A model generated the notes under the pieces. It was not told the DNA's origin. It ran no database searches and was given only the letters and a program-made list of their open reading frames with translations. A stretch of DNA of 64,000 nucleotides, from the NCBI RefSeq assembly GCF_006345805.1, contig NC_043003.1, positions 104,718,001-104,782,000 of the forward strand, written 5' to 3'. This document shows, piece by piece, positions 53,528 through 64,000 of the stretch. Position numbers and translations under genes: made by a program. The DNA comes from Octopus sinensis (Eukaryota). Every line of letters begins with the position of its first letter. The stretch's first letter is position 1.

Positions 53528-53838
53528 GGAGGCGCAATGGCCCAGTGGTTAGAGTAGCGGACTCGCGGTCGTAGGATCACGGTTTCAATTCCCAGACCAG
53601 GCGTTGTGAGTGTTTATTGAGTGAAAACACCTAAAGCTCCATGAGGCTTCGGCAGTGGGGTGCTGGCGATCCCTGCTGTACTCTTTCACCACAACTTTCT
53701 CTCACTCTTTCTTCTGTTGGCCTGCTCGCTTAGCCAGTGGGGTGGCGTCATTCGAAGGCTAAAACAATACAAAGTCCATTGTGACCAGCGATGTGTAGCA
53801 ACATCTGATAGCCTGGTCGGTCATGGTGATCACGGTGA
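53528..53838 (+). mobile_element. SINE family D, tail type 1
   Basis: Colinear with 7124-7418. Confidence 0.88.
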
Positions 53839-53854
53839 TATATATATATATATA

Positions 53855-54727
53855 TTTAAAATGAGAGTGAGAAATTGGATGTGAATTTAACACCAGTGGT
53901 CTAGTATATTAAAATCTAAAGTTTCAGTAAATTGTATTATAAACATATGAGAGGGATGACCACTATGTGGGCAACCCTTATGCTAGAAGTAGAGCTGCTA
54001 TGGTTTTACCACTAAGAAATTTTCTCAAGAAAAATTTAGCAAACACCAGAATGTAAGCATGCAAGACAAATGAAAAGTAACAAAAATATAGATTATTCAC
54101 ATACATCTTTCACTATTAGCAGATTACATAATTTTACTTACACAGTTTGTCCGTAGATCTTCAGTGTGACCGTCCATCGAAATATAATTTGCAGAACTAT
54201 ATACGGGGATGTCTGCACAAGGTCATATTTGTATATAGTTCTACCTATTACACTTGCATTTTTCAAAAGTCCTCGTTTTGGCAGGCTAAATTACCAGAAA
54301 ATAATACTGCAGAAATTAATTTACTGCAGTGGTTTTTGCCGGTTAGAGAATGTATTAATTAAATTTAAATTTAAAATGAGGGTGAGAAATTGGATGTTAA
54401 TTTAATTAACATCATTTTAACACCAGTGATCTTGCATATTAAAATCTGAAGTTTCAGTAAATTGTATTATATACATATGAAAGGGATGACCACTATGGAC
54501 GGTCACACTGAAGATCTACGGACAAATTGCATAAGTAAAATTACGTAGTCTGTTAATAGTGAAACATGTATGTGAATAATCTATATTTTTGTTACTTTTC
54601 ATTTGTCTTGCTCGCTTACGTTGTGGTGTTTGCTAAATTTTTCTTGAGAACATTTCTTAGTGGTAAACCCATAGTCGATCTACTTCTAGCACAAGGGTTT
54701 CCCACATAGTGGTTATCCCTCTCATAT
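53855..54727. repeat. Direct-plus-inverted rearranged repeat (Penelope pLTR-like architecture)
   Basis: Direct repeat 53855-53966 / 54370-54497. Inverted arms 53945-54177 / 54495-54727. Confidence 0.75.
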
Positions 54728-54780
54728 CTATATAATCTATATATATATAGATAGATAGATAGACAGACAGACAGGCAGAT

Positions 54781-57700
54781 AAGTTTCTTTATTAGCCAAA
54801 CAGGGCCAAACACAGAGGGGACAAAATACTATGTAGAGTTTTTCTTTTCCAAAAAAAAAAAAGAAAATAGAAAAAAAAGGGGAAAATAAATTTCTGATCA
54901 AAAGGGATCGTGTAAAAAAAACCCCACCAAAACAGATCGTATATCAAAGAAAATATCAAAAATGTAAAAACATGGTTTATCTGTGGAAAGAAAAGCCTAT
55001 GAAAAGACCATGGTAACCTCAGACAGAGGGAAAAAACCCACATGAAAGCAAAGTGCTCTCTCTCACTTTTTTCGATTTACAGGATCATGCTCAAAGTGGT
55101 TTCATCATTTGCTCGTACAATCTTTGCTACATTCACCCACCTTTTATTCAGTCTTTCATGAGACAAAACTTGCCTCTCTATTCTCACCTTCCTTTTCAAG
55201 TGGTACTTGAAAAAGTTGATGAGCGATTGGCCAGAGAAGAAATTGTTTGTCTTTAAACCTTTCGCTCAAGTCCACCACACACATTCTTTCATCATTGCTA
55301 CCAGTATGATGAAGACTACCTTGCCTTCCAGTTAAAGGAAGGTGGCAGAGCAATTTTCACGATAGACTCAGCTGACAACCAAATTCATCCCACATGTGAC
55401 AGCAATTGTTTGGCATAAGCCCACATGTCTAAAATGGTTGGACACTACACGAATGCGGGCAGAACGGTTTTGCTGGTCTGACCGCATCTAACTCAGTCTG
55501 GTGTGTCTTGAACTGTGCCTGTAGAGCTTATCCTAAATGGGCAATGCTTCTCGATAGCACTGCCAGGCCAGGGATCTCTAGTGATTGTCCATTGGTCCCG
55601 GCCAAAAAGCTGTCCTGAACAGGCGGGTCAGGTGTTCCTCATTGATGCCCAAATTCTGCCTGATAAGGTCGTCACACCTCCCCTTCACTAATCTTCTATA
55701 GAACGTCTTCATGGGATTGAAGTCGCACGAGTTTGCTCCCAGACGGCAAAGTTGCTTGAGAGCAAGGTGGAACTCATGCTGCCATTTGCCTAGCCTCGGT
55801 TTTTGTTTGATCCATGACTGTAGTTTGGCTAAAGAGATGAGCTGCAGGAAAGCATGCCTCACAAACAGTGATCACACTTGTTCACCCATGTCTATGAAGT
55901 GCCGGAGATGTTGGAGTGTCTGCGCATCATCATCCCTGGCATGCCCAGCCCTCCATTTAGTGGGTGTTGACAGCAAATGAGTCACCTAACAATCGGAACG
56001 CTTCCCTACAACAAAAAAGCGGAAGAGTATGCATCCCAGTTTGGTGATGGTAGGGTTGGGACAAGGCACAATGGTCAGACGGTAATCGATGGCGGATACG
56101 ATGTACGTGTTTGCCACCTCCACCTGACCTTTTAGGGATACCTTCCTCTCAGCCTATTGCTGGGTGAGAGTGGCCACCTTACTCATTATCTCATCCCAGT
56201 TCTTCTCCATTTGGAGGTCTGCACTGAACCAGACTCCAAGCAATTTAACCAGTCCATCAATCCAGCGTCCCACAATGGAGACACTGTTGGACAGCATGGG
56301 CTTGTTTCTCCATGTGCTGAGCCGCAAGCCCACTGACTTTTCCCGGTTAATTTTCACTCCCGTTACTGCTTCATATTCTTTTAGTGTCTTGCCAACCAGC
56401 TCGATACGCCTGTGGCTTGACACTATCACGGTGATGTCATCTGCATATGCAGACACACTCCTCCCACATCCCAGTTCTCGCGGGATGCCCCTCAGCATTG
56501 GCAGCTTCCGCAGTAGTGGCTCTGGAGTCAATATGTACAGAAGCAATGAGAGGGGGCATCCTTGACGGACTGAGAGCGTGATGTTAAATAGTCTGGACAG
56601 ATGACCATTTACGTGAACTACCAAGCGGATGACACTGTAAAAGACAGCAATCCAACCGTGGAAGATGGGACTGAAACCAGCTGCTCTAAGGACAGCCTCT
56701 AAGTAGCAATGGTCTACCCTATTGAATACCAGGTTTCTTAACCATCCTGTCTATGATGTAGCACATCAGATGAAGGTTGTCACGGATACTCCTGCTTGGC
56801 ATGGCACATGCTTGTGCCTTGTCGACCAGTTTCTCGATGACAAGTACCAACCTCTTGACTAACACCTTGGCCAAAATCTTCAAATCTACGTTGAGCAGAG
56901 TGATAGGTCTGAAGTTATCTATGATGTTCCCCTTGTTTGAATCTTTTTTAGCAATGCCACCATTCGTCGCTTCACAGAAACAGGGATACTCCCATTTTGC
57001 TGCCACTTGAAGTAGACTGCTGCCAAGACACCTCCAAACAAGTCTGGCATATGACAATAAAGTTCGTAGAGCAAACCATCCAAGCCTGGCAACTTGTCTC
57101 CCATGCAGCCTGCCATCGCATCCCGTACATCTGCGGCTGTGATGGGTCTTTTACAACACTTGCCGAGAGTCATTGGCAGGCCATGCAGGTAGGCACTAAA
57201 GTCCACTCTGTGTTCTGACCCACCCAGTTGCCTCGTTGCCCCTCTGCCACTCAGGCCTCTCAAGTGGCTCCAACTCCTTTGTTCCTCAGAGTATGCATCG
57301 TAGCTTTGACAATGCATCCTTCATGTTTGGCATTGAAGTGTTAGTCAAGGGCCAACCTCAGCACCAGTACATTGGATGTAATGCCAGTTCTCAGTACCTC
57401 TTTTAAATTCTTAACTAGGTCTTCCTCTATTCTATTTCAGTCTAATGCTAGAGCCTAACTGATTCTGCTTTAATTGCTTTCTTTAGGGCACACCACCATC
57501 TATTGTCGATGATGGCATCTGTCAATGCTCTCTTAATTAATGTGCTAATCCAGTCCCTGTAAGCTTGGCGTGCCATGAACGATGCATTCGGCTTCCAGTA
57601 ACCGGGACCCTGTGGCTCTTATCTATGTCAAGCATACAAGTCACAAATTTGTTATCTGTGTAGCTGACTATATGGAATTGTGGACAACCTACACTATCCC

Positions 57701-58813
57701 TATCCTGTTCTGCAGAACACTCTATCTAAATATGATCTGGACGACCCAGTGCGGTTGCTCCATGTCCACATTGGCACATTCGGGTGGTCCAGTCAGTACC
57801 TATCAGACAGTTGGAAATGTCTGAGCAGGTCTTTGAGGCATTTACATTCCCTCCTATTACTATCTCTGCCCACGTAGTTTAAATATGTGTCCAAGGTAGT
57901 GTTTCAATCTTCCACTAAAAGTAAAGGTCAAGATGTTCCCAGGAGGACCTCTAGGCATTGAAAGAAATCTGGTCGACCTGTTAAGGACGGTGCATAAACC
58001 GTTATCAGCCAAAAAGCACACCCATTACTGCCATTGACATCCAAGACGACCAGCCTACCCTCCGGGTCTAGGAATATTGCTCTTACTTTGAGGCCCAGAC
58101 TCTTCCGAAGAAGCACTGTGGTACCACCTCCGCACATTCTCGGCAGACACGGAGAAAAATAAATGTCGAAATGTCCACCGAACATGTACTGGAGGGCCTG
58201 CGGGTTGTGGAGTCTGGTTTCACTGATGGCTATGATATGCACATTCTGTGACTTGATGTCTTTTAACAGGTAGCCTTGTTTCCAAGGTGACCCCAAGCCA
58301 CGTACATTTATACAACCTATTCTGAGCATGTTCCTATCGAAAGTTATTCTTTTCCCCCCTTTTTCTCCTTCCCCCTGTGGCTCCTTGCCAATCCTCTGTG
58401 TTGTCTTCAACTTACGACATGTTGGAGAAATCCGAAAGTTGTGGGGGGGAGGGTATTGGGGGTCTATTTCTGAGTGTGTTGTTGTTGTTGTTGGTGTTGA
58501 TGCAGGTTGGTGACAGTTGGGATGTGGTGTATGGGTTTTGTGGGGTGGGGGTATGAGTCCTTTTGTTTTTCTCTTCTTCCCTTTGAGTTGTTGTTGTTGT
58601 TGTTGTTGTTGGTGGTGGTGGTGTTGTTGTTTCTGTTCTTGGAGACGCTGATGGTGGTGTCATTTGGTTGGTGGCTGAAGTTCCTTCATTTGTTGGTGGA
58701 GCTGTTTTATCAGTTGTGCATATGACGATGTGGGTGGAAGTGCTGGCTTTTTTCTTGGTCTTTGGTTTTCTTGATGTATTTTTGGTTTTCTTGAAATATG
58801 TCACAAACATATT
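54781..58813 (-). mobile_element. Tx1/L1-clade LINE, decayed (ORF1 C-terminal remnant, APE, RT, 3'UTR ending AATAAAGAAA)
   Basis: APE start IGCINVRGL...ISETRL (57928-58410). RT NFRPITLLNVDLKILAKVL (56719-57057), SVRQGCPLS and SAYADDITV (56154-56624). Low-complexity ORF upstream (58412-58810). Multiple stops and frameshifts. Confidence 0.9.
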
Positions 58814-58817
58814 TTAA

Positions 58818-59349
58818 CCCTTTCGTTACTGTATTTATTTTGAGATGCTCTGTGTTTCTTTCAATTACTTTATATGCACATAAAAAGCACCATCCGAACG
58901 TGGCCATTGCCAGCGCCACCTTGGCTGGCTTCCGTGCCGGTGGCACGTTAAAAGCTCCATCCGATCGTGGCTGATGCCGGACCCCCCTGGCACCTGTGCA
59001 GGTGGCACGTAAAAAGCACCCACTACACTCGCAGAGTGGTTGGCGTTAGGAAGGGCATCCAGCTGTAGAAACTCTGCCAGATCAGACTGGAGCTTGGTGC
59101 AGCCCCTGGCTTCCCAGACTCCGGTCGAACCGTCCAACCCGTGCTAGCGCGGAAAATGGACGTTAAACAATGATGATGATAATGATGATAACAAAGAATT
59201 TAGTAAAATAACTTGGTTATCATTCAGCTAGTGTTAGGAACATAAATTGTGACTAAGGTTTGGTGGAAGATTTTAATTTAACACTTATGAAAACAAGACA
59301 TTTGTACTCAGAGCCAGAGCCGGTTTCAGCCGGGTCGGTAACAAAAGGT
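58818..59349. mobile_element. piggyBac-type MITE carrying an RTE 3' insert (58876-59188)
   Basis: TTAA|CCCTTTCGTTAC ... GTAACAAAAGGT|TTAA (10/12 TIR match, TTAA TSD). Confidence 0.7.
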
Positions 59350-60263
59350 TTAACTAACCTAAATTTTGCTAATGCCTAAACACTGCTTGGCACTAACATT
59401 TCGTTATATATATATTGCTGCAACACACGTCACTGACAGTGCTCCAGCCTGGCCACAGTCTTTCAGCTGAAATGCATAGAAGAATAAAAGAATAACTGCA
59501 TACACATGCATATATATATATTTCTTTACTGCCCACAGGGGGCTAAACATAGAGGGGACAAACAAGGACAGACAAAGGGATTAAGTCGATTACATCGACC
59601 CCAGTGCGAAACTGGTACTTTACTTATCGACCCCGAAAGGATAAATGGCAAAGTCGACCTCAGCGGAATTTGAACTCAGTAGGTGAAAATCCACGAAGAA
59701 GAAACAGTACTGTATATTTTTTTAATTATTTTTATAATTTGTATATATTTATTTTATTATAAATGCAAATCAACACCACGGAGAAATCGACGTAAGCTTA
59801 AATAATAAACCACAATAGATGAACTGTGATATGGCAAGGGATTACTGTATATCCCTCCATTTAAAAATTGTTTGGGTTAATTTGAAGCAGATTTGGCTGC
59901 TATTTCTGCCTTTAGTTTGTGTACAAATAAAGTTTGTATTTTTGCTGGCAAAATATGAAAAGATGTCAACTTTTTCAAACAAATATGGTAAGATTTTTAA
60001 TGAAAAACACACAAAAAAAAGAAAAGACAGTAAAAACATCAATACGATCCAGTCATCTATTTATTTCATGAACACAGATGTTTATTAAAATCAAGGAAAA
60101 GTATTAAGATCGATGCAGTTAACTACATTTCTTCAAGGCAGCATCAGCCACATGACTGTAGTCACATGACTGCAGTCTCATGACTAATACCATTAAAATG
60201 AAGCAACCAACAGTGTATAGGTTTCCTTTTTCTGCAACAACAGGCTAAATAATATTGCTGTGT

Positions 60264-60570
60264 GGAGGCACATGACCTGGTGGTTAGAGCAGCGGACTCT
60301 CGGTTGAGGGATCGCAGGTTCGAATCTCAGACCGGGCGATGTGTGTGTTTATGAGCGAAACATCTAAGCTCCACGCGGCTCCGGCAGAAGGTAATGGCGA
60401 AACATCTGCTGACTCTTTCACCACAACTTTCTCTCACTCTTTCCTCCTGCATCTTGCAGCTCACCTGTGACGGACCGGCGTCCCGTCCAGGTGGGGAACC
60501 TATATGCCAAGAAACCGGGAAACCGGCCCTTATGAGCCAAGCATGGCTCGAAAAGGAACAAGCAAACAAA
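60264..60570 (+). mobile_element. SINE family D, tail type 3
   Basis: Same head, third 3' half ending in (CAAA)n. Confidence 0.85.
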
Positions 60571-61687
60571 TAATATTTCTAATCAATCAATGATCAGTAT
60601 ACCGTCCAACCCATGCTAGCATGGAAAGCGGACGTTAAACGATGATGATGATGATGATCTTATAAGATGAAAGTCAGTAAACTTTATTTGCTCATTAATC
60701 TTGTTAGTCGCAATCCATTGTAACATGTTATCCATTCTATCTAAACTGTAAGTGTGATATTTAAATTCAAGTTTCTTTACTACACAGCTGACAACGTGAG
60801 GTTATTAATGCTTTCGGATTCTTTTAAGTTGCTTTTATTGTTTAGCTCCAAATTGACACTGACTGAGCTATCTTAAGATCAAAAGCATCCCCGACATGAC
60901 CATCCCATTTTCTCATATGTGCAGGAAACGTAGGATTACATTACATAAATTACTTCCCTCATTGCTGCATTACTGACGCACCCTCTTATTAGTTGACTAG
61001 TATGTTAATGTATTAGCTTACTGGTGCACCAGTTTTTACTGGTTATTCAGCTACACAAAAACCTGAATAGCCAAGTGAGACCATATCAACTCTGTCTGCC
61101 CCACTCTTAATGTCACCTGTTTTCTGTCAGCAGGATAAGGCATCCGAAGGATTGGTGACTATTCTTTTTAGGACAAACTCCTGCTAAGGAGTAGTAGTGG
61201 TGTTCTAATATGGTAATCAATATATGTTTCTTTATTACCCACAAGGGGCTAAACACAGAGGGGACAAAGAAGGACAGACAAACGGATTAAGTCGATTACA
61301 TTGACCCCAGTGTGTAACTGGTACTTAATTTTATTGACCCCTAAAGGATGAAAGGCAAAGTCAACCTCAGCGGAATTTGAACTCAGAACGTAACAGCAGA
61401 TGAAATACTGCTACGCATTTTGCCTGGCATGCTATCGGTTCTGCCAGCTTGCCGCCTTCTAATATGGTAATCGATATACTTCGTTTAAAAAGCAACTAAA
61501 TAGGTAACAACAATGATCCGTGTTGCACAAAGCACCTTTCTAAAATAATGAAAAGGCCAAAAATGTCCCAACATCACTCTGTAAGACCTTTGACAGCTCA
61601 GTCCAGAACCTCAATCTTGTCTAGAATATTAATCTACCAATATCCTAGTGAGGCAGTAAGCAATGAATTTAGTATGCAGGCACCCCA

Positions 61688-62181
61688 GGAGGTCTTTACC
61701 CATGTAAGGTGTTGTTATATGTTTGGTGGGATATGGTAGGTTTAGTCCACTTTGAACTTTTAAACCCAAGCCAAATGATAACAAAGGAGATCTACTGCAA
61801 GCAGCTTGAGTGGCTTAAGTCAGCGCTAGAAGGAAAACAACCATCTTTGGTTTCAATGTTCTTCCATTAGGATAATGCTCGGTCACATACAGTAAGGATG
61901 ACATTCCAAAGGCTGGAGCAGTTTGAATGAGAAACCATATTCGCTGGACATTGCCCAATCTGATTATAATTTATTCTGCAGTCTTCAAAATCATTTGGAC
62001 GGAAAAAATATGAATTCTGTAGATGAGGTCATAACAGTACTGGAGGAGTATTTTACGTGATGGATAAGTGAATTTTGGGAGAGGGGACTTACAGGTCAAC
62101 CAGATAGATGGAAGAGCGTTGTAGAAAATGTAGGAGAATATATTTTAGATTAAAAAACGCATTATTTATGGGATGACCCTA
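61688..62181 (+). mobile_element. Mariner (DD34D-type) transposase 3' half, decayed
   Basis: KVLLYVWWD..GLVHFELL, H*DNARSH, PYSLDIAQSDYNLF, W..G....PDRWKSVVEN.GEY. Right TIR-like attatttatgggatgaccc. Confidence 0.88.
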
Positions 62182-62195
62182 CACACACACCCACA

Positions 62196-62231
<36 letters not shown>

Positions 62232-62233
<2 letters not shown>

Positions 62234-63790
62234 GTGCAGCAGAGAAGATAGCTTTCATGTGCAGCAGATGCACAGGGGCAATAAACACCACAAATACTCA
62301 GAAAACAGATTCCATCACACTCCAGGGGAGAAACTAGAAGTAGTTGATAGCTTCTGTTACCTAGGTGACCAAGTTAGTAGTGGGGGTGGATACTCAGAGA
62401 GTGTAACCACCAGAATACGAATAGCCTGGGCAAAGTTTAGAAAGCTTCTACACCTACTGGTGACAAAGGGTCTCTCACTCAGAGTGAAAGGTAGATTGTA
62501 CGACGCATGTGTGCGAACTACCATGTTTCGCGGTAGTGAAACATTGGCTGTGACTGTGGAGGACATGTGTAGGCTTGAAAGAAATGGAGCTAGTATGATC
62601 TACTGGATGTGTAATGTCAGGTGTAAGCGCCCTGAGAGGACGCTTTGACCAGAAGAATGGCAAGCCAGTAGACTGCACCAGGCTCCAATCTGATCTGGCA
62701 ATGTTTCTACAGCTGGATGCCCTTCCTAATGCCAACCACTCCGAGAGTGTAGTAGGTACTTTTTATGTGCCACTAGCACAGGAGCCAGGCAGGGGTGGAG
62801 GGACTGGCATGGACCATGTTCGGATGGCACTGGCACGGGGAGCTAGTCATGTAGCACTGGCATTGGCTGCAACTACAATTTCCATTTTGATTTTGATCTT
62901 GATTTGCTTTTGATTTTTGACTTTACTTGACACAATGGGTTTTCTCAAGTGAAGTGTATCATCTGGTAATTCAAGAGTATTTTAAAAATGGGCTGGTATA
63001 GGGTATCATCACTATACTTGCCAGGTCTTCTCAATTACAGAATATTTCCAGTGATCTCGGTCTCTTGTCATTGCCTCTGTGAGGCCCAACGTTAGAAGGT
63101 CGTGCTTCACCACCTCAACCCATGTACTCCTGGGTCTCCCTCTACCACAAGTTCCTTCCACTGTTAGAGAGTGACACTTCACACAGCTCTTCTCATCCAT
63201 ACACAGCATATAACCATACCAGTGCAGTCATCTCTCTTTTACATGACATCTGATGCTTCTTATGTCCAACATTTCTCTCAGGGTGCTTACATTCTGTTGT
63301 GTGTGCACACTGACATTACATATCCAGCGGATCATGCTAGCTTCATTTCTTTCAATCCTATGTCTGCAACAGTTATGACCCATATTTCACTGCCATGTAG
63401 CATGGCAGTTCGTGCACATGCATCATACAGTCTACCTTTTACTCTGAGTGAGAGGCCCTTTGTTACCAGCAGAAGTAGGAGCTTTCTGAACTTTACCGTG
63501 TTTATTGTCTCTGTGCATCTGCTGCACAGAGAAGCTATCATCCTGGTTAGCCTTCCTTTGATATTGCTGCACTTCTCATGTGTCCATCGCTTACACTGGG
63601 TACATTTTATGGAGTTTCTACCTACATCTCTTCTACAGATTGAGCAGGGACATCTACTTAAGGCGTTTGTGATTTGTCTGCCTTCATACTTACTAGGACT
63701 TTGGTTTTTGCTACATTGACTCTAAGGCCCTTCAATTCTAGACCTTACTTCCACACCTGAAATTTCTTCTCTAGTCCTGGGAGTGATTCG
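62232..63790. mobile_element. Two RTE fragments in opposite orientation (62232-62632 +, about 62670-63790 -)
   Basis: Both encode LLVTKGLSLRVKGRLYDAC, as in 18815-19402. Confidence 0.88.
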
Positions 63791-63810
63791 AGTACGAGGG
63801 CAATTCATCA

Positions 63811-63856
<46 letters not shown>

Positions 63857-64000
63857 TCATCATTATCGTTTTCCATGCTAGCATGGGTTGGACGGTTTGA
63901 CTGGGGTCTGGGATCCCATGAGGCTGCACCAGGCTCCAATCTGATCTGGCAGTGTTTCTACAGCTGGATACCCTTCCTAATGCCAACCACTCTGTGAGTG

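Noticed and set aside
53528-53605. tRNA genes at SINE heads (families B, C, D)
   Set aside because: A/B boxes are present but cloverleafs are imperfect, and each head continues into a multi-copy SINE body without a Pol III terminator

Overview
AT-rich, repeat-saturated animal genomic DNA. The (TA)n/(CA)n load and the SINE/RTE families point to a coleoid cephalopod, most likely Octopus (inference). Only one host gene is supported: an ELOVL6-like fatty-acid elongase whose whole CDS (34272-35123, +) lies in one exon behind a strong splice acceptor. The rest is mobile DNA: a near-full-length decayed RTE LINE plus many 3'-end fragments with (GAT)n tails, two Tx1/L1-type LINE relics, CR1 and second-family RTE fragments, Penelope-like relics, three tRNA-derived SINE families, decayed Tc1 and mariner elements, Merlin-like, piggyBac-like and Tc1-like MITEs, and non-autonomous Helitrons. 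The most interesting signals are (i) about ten minimal hammerhead-ribozyme-like motifs from several families, including a three-copy family with a non-canonical CUGUAGA core; (ii) a SINE whose 3' tail matches the 3' ends of the Tx1/L1 elements in this window; (iii) SINE heads carrying interchangeable tails; and (iv) several long foldback structures. All calls were made by eye. No database search or folding program was run, and repeat boundaries are approximate unless TSDs/TIRs are quoted.
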